DNA from: Promethearchaeota archaeon
Lineage (GTDB): Archaea; Asgardarchaeota; Lokiarchaeia; Sigyniarchaeales; SOKP01
DNA length: 31,360 bases
Assembly (NCBI GenBank): GCA_048938895.1
Contig: JBHLLU010000048.1
Span: forward strand, 1-31,360
Direction of reading: 5' to 3'
Shown: piece by piece, positions 29,338 through 31,360 of the stretch
Position numbering within the stretch: position 1 is the first letter of the stretch
Layout: each line of letters starts with the position of its first letter
Translations under genes and position numbers: made by a program
Notes under the pieces: generated by a model
What the model saw: the letters and a program-made list of their open reading frames with translations, nothing else
The model's database searches: none
Told to the model about the DNA's origin: nothing

Positions 29338-30372
29338 ATGATTAATGTCTACATTAATAGAGGTTTATATGATTATGTAGGAACTGTATATAGAATAATT
29401 GAAAAATCCACTGGTAAGATACTTTATGGTTTTACTTTAGATACAGTAGACGTAAGATGGCAGAATTATAAAGAGTTTGCTCTGAAAAATCGGCATTCAG
29501 GGAATTTATTACCTATAGAACAAGCCATTTTAGATACAATTGATTCAGGACAAAACCCAGATGATGCATATGTAGTTAAGCCTGTTGAGATCTGCTTTGA
29601 TTACAAAACATTGAGAATTAGGGAAGACTATTGGATAAATAAACATGAGACAAGAAATCCCTTAAAGGGATTTAATACTTATAGAGGTGGTGGTGGAGGT
29701 CCTAAAATACATTTACCTATCGGGATTATTGCAAGTTATATAGCAAAAGGTTTAAAGGTAACCAAAATAGCAAATCTTCTTTTTACAGAAAAGAATATAT
29801 TGGTTGGTAGGAAGACCGTTTCACGAAGGATAAACGAATATTGGGGTGGATTCGATAAAGCCAGAGAACTCTTTCTTAAGCCTGTATTAGAAGACCTTAT
29901 AAAAACTGGATTTAATTCTAATGATATCATTGAAGCGTTCGGTAAGAAAGGAAGAAATATAGTAGATCGGTTAATTCCTTCTTTCTTTAATGTCGAGACT
30001 TTTAGTGAAGCCAGAAGAAAATTCTTAGTTGAAATTATTGAAAAATTAATTATTGAAGGATTAGGTCCTGTAGGAATGGTGAAAAGATTAGAACATTTTG
30101 GTGAGAAAGAGATAGCGTCTAGAATCGCTGAAGAGTGGGGTAATCTAAAAAAAGCTCAAAAGGAGTTATGGAGACCAATTATCATACAAAGTTTTAGAGA
30201 TGGAATTAGCGGTTCAGATATTTTAATATCACTTGGTTATAAAGAAACCACAGCCAAGAGAAAGCATAATCAAATTTATGCACGTTTGTTCTGGGGAATG
30301 AGAACCGAAGAGGTTAAGGAATTTGCTCTATCAATCCCATTAGATCAATTAGAATCTATTGTCTATTTTTAA
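29338..30372 (+). CDS. GIY-YIG-like endonuclease with about four C-terminal HTH-like repeats (homing-endonuclease-like)
   Basis: GTVYRIIEKSTGKILYGFT...RWQNY...REDYWINKH...GFNTYRGG follows the GIY-YIG/R/E/N pattern; about 50-aa helical repeats follow. Confidence 0.7.
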   Translation: MINVYINRGLYDYVGTVYRIIEKSTGKILYGFTLDTVDVRWQNYKEFALKNRHSGNLLPIEQAILDTIDSGQNPDDAYVVKPVEICFDYKTLRIREDYWINKHETRNPLKGFNTYRGGGGGPKIHLPIGIIASYIAKGLKVTKIANLLFTEKNILVGRKTVSRRINEYWGGFDKARELFLKPVLEDLIKTGFNSNDIIEAFGKKGRNIVDRLIPSFFNVETFSEARRKFLVEIIEKLIIEGLGPVGMVKRLEHFGEKEIASRIAEEWGNLKKAQKELWRPIIIQSFRDGISGSDILISLGYKETTAKRKHNQIYARLFWGMRTEEVKEFALSIPLDQLESIVYF

Positions 30373-30455
30373 TTTATTATGATAACCAAAAAGTATTTTA
30401 GGTTTTTTATCTTTAGATCCCTATAGAACTGTTTATTAAATAAGATGTGGTGAAT

Positions 30456-31065
30456 ATGGGTCGTCGTAAAAGAAAACAAGTTACTCCTAAAAGAGTTAAA
30501 AGAGTACCAAAGATTTTCACCTGCCCTGAATGATAAGACTGATTCTCAGTTTATCCAGAAATGCGGTGAAAAATCCGTAAAAGTCACAGATATCAAGAAA
30601 AAAGGTGCTTTCGCAACAGTAAAATGTGGAAACTGTGGCTTGACAAAGGAAGTGTTAGTAAATTCTATCTCAGAACCAGTAGATGCCTTTGGGGATTTTA
30701 TAGATATATATTATGCTGATCAAGAACTCCAACGATTAGAGAAGCGAATTCAAAAATTAAAAGAAGAAAATGAATGGGGTGAACTGGCTTTAGGGTACTC
30801 TATTTTATCAGATCTTTGTAAAACTAAAGCTGCGGTATTATTAGAAGAGGAAGATGTGAATTTAGATGAGGTAAATGAGTGGAAAATGAGAAGTGAAAAA
30901 TATAAAAGACTTGAGAAAGATGCTATTTTGAAGCTTGAGACAGATGAACTTGAAAGGGGAGTAAAAACTGATGAAGAATCATTATTTTCTGAAAGTGATA
31001 CAAAGATAAAAAAAGAACGAAAGATAGAAGATATCTTTGATGATCCTGGCTTTTTAGAGTTCTAA
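30456..31065 (+). CDS. elf1: Transcription elongation factor Elf1 with C-terminal extension, two exons: join(30456..30530,30562..31065), 192 aa
   Basis: GTGGTGA SD, then MGRRKRKQVTPKRVKRVPKIFTCPE|CGEKSVKV...VKCGNCGL...SEPVDAFGDFID. This is the Elf1 basic N-terminus, C4 zinc ribbon and EPVD motif once 31 nt are removed. Confidence 0.92.
30531..30561 (+). other. Putative 31-nt BHB-type intron in elf1
   Basis: Insert TGATAAGACTGATTCTCAGTTTATCCAGAAA splits CxxC and adds stops and a frameshift. Inner hairpin GAUAAGACUGA/UCAGUUUAUC; central helix CCUG/CAGA (one C-A mismatch); two AA^U bulges; exon-exon helix UUUUCACC(U)GC/GCGGUGAAAA. Confidence 0.87.
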
Positions 31066-31135
31066 AACTATTTATTGGAAATAAAATAGTATAAATTAGA
31101 AATAATATCCTACTTTTAGAATTCCGTTTGTCTTT

Positions 31136-31360
31136 TTAACCAGATTGGCTTTTTCGTTTTGCAAAAAGCTGTTTAAGTTCACCCATAATAGCACCTCTAA
31201 GAGATACAGGGCTTGCAGGTCTAGCGGGACCCGAAGGTGGACCTCCGGGAGGTCCAGATGGCGGTGGACCAGGCGGACCCCCAGGTGCTGGCGGAACGCT
31301 TCTTGGAGGGGGACCAGGGGGTCCTCCAGGTGCAGAACCCATAGCGGATGCAGATGCTGC
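31136..31360 (-). CDS. 3' end of a proline/glycine-rich protein with a C-terminal amphipathic (WH2-like) helix; 5' part outside the window
   Basis: Frame is open to the window edge (AASASAMGSAPGGPPGPPP...); ends SLRGAIMGELKQLFAKRKSQSG. Confidence 0.75.
   Translation of the reverse strand, partial: AASASAMGSAPGGPPGPPPRSVPPAPGGPPGPPPSGPPGGPPSGPARPASPVSLRGAIMGELKQLFAKRKSQSG

Noticed and set aside
6992-29930. Short overlapping ORFs (6992-7315, 7931-8119, 11511-11738, 13790-13996, 14103-14450, 14463-14672, 17147-17359, 18189-18440, 18549-18794, 22824-23018, 23295-23501, 25164-25586, 29736-29930)
   Set aside because: Shadow ORFs antisense to, or out of frame within, well-supported genes; no recognisable motifs.
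30531-30533. TGA after CPE read as selenocysteine (CxxU)
   Set aside because: It is followed immediately by TAA and a frameshift, and the expected Cys codon is present at 30562.
30640-31065. ORF-track 141-aa hypothetical protein
   Set aside because: It is the distal part of elf1 exon 2; the frame extends back to 30562.
1-31360. CRISPR arrays, tRNA/rRNA genes, IS elements, integrases
   Set aside because: No regularly spaced repeats, GC-rich structural RNA blocks, transposase or recombinase motifs seen by eye.

Overview
AT-rich archaeal chromosomal window, most likely Asgard/Lokiarchaeia (inferred from gene content and composition, not proven). Housekeeping genes: elp3, pyrD/pyrK, nop5-fibrillarin, rnhB, two HTH regulators, archaeal SAM synthetase, hypB, an SmAP3-type Lsm and elf1. 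The main signal is two conserved genes that the ORF track shows as N-terminally truncated. Each is interrupted inside its signature motif by a tiny stop-containing hairpin insert: 30 nt in rnhB (DEAGR|GP) and 31 nt in elf1 (CPE|C). Both inserts fold with their flanks into bulge-helix-bulge (BHB)-like structures, and cleavage at the predicted positions restores the frame exactly. They are therefore candidate tRNA-endonuclease-type mini-introns in mRNAs. Also present: an 8-gene minus-strand cluster (AAA ATPase, degenerate SMC-like protein, KITE-like tandem winged helix), a split GIY-YIG nuclease gene just upstream of elf1, two AN1-zinc-finger intramembrane protease homologues (one apparently a rhomboid pseudoprotease), several apparent ATA/ATT starts, and the 3' end of a polyproline protein with a WH2-like tail. 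All family calls come from motif recognition by eye; no searches were run.
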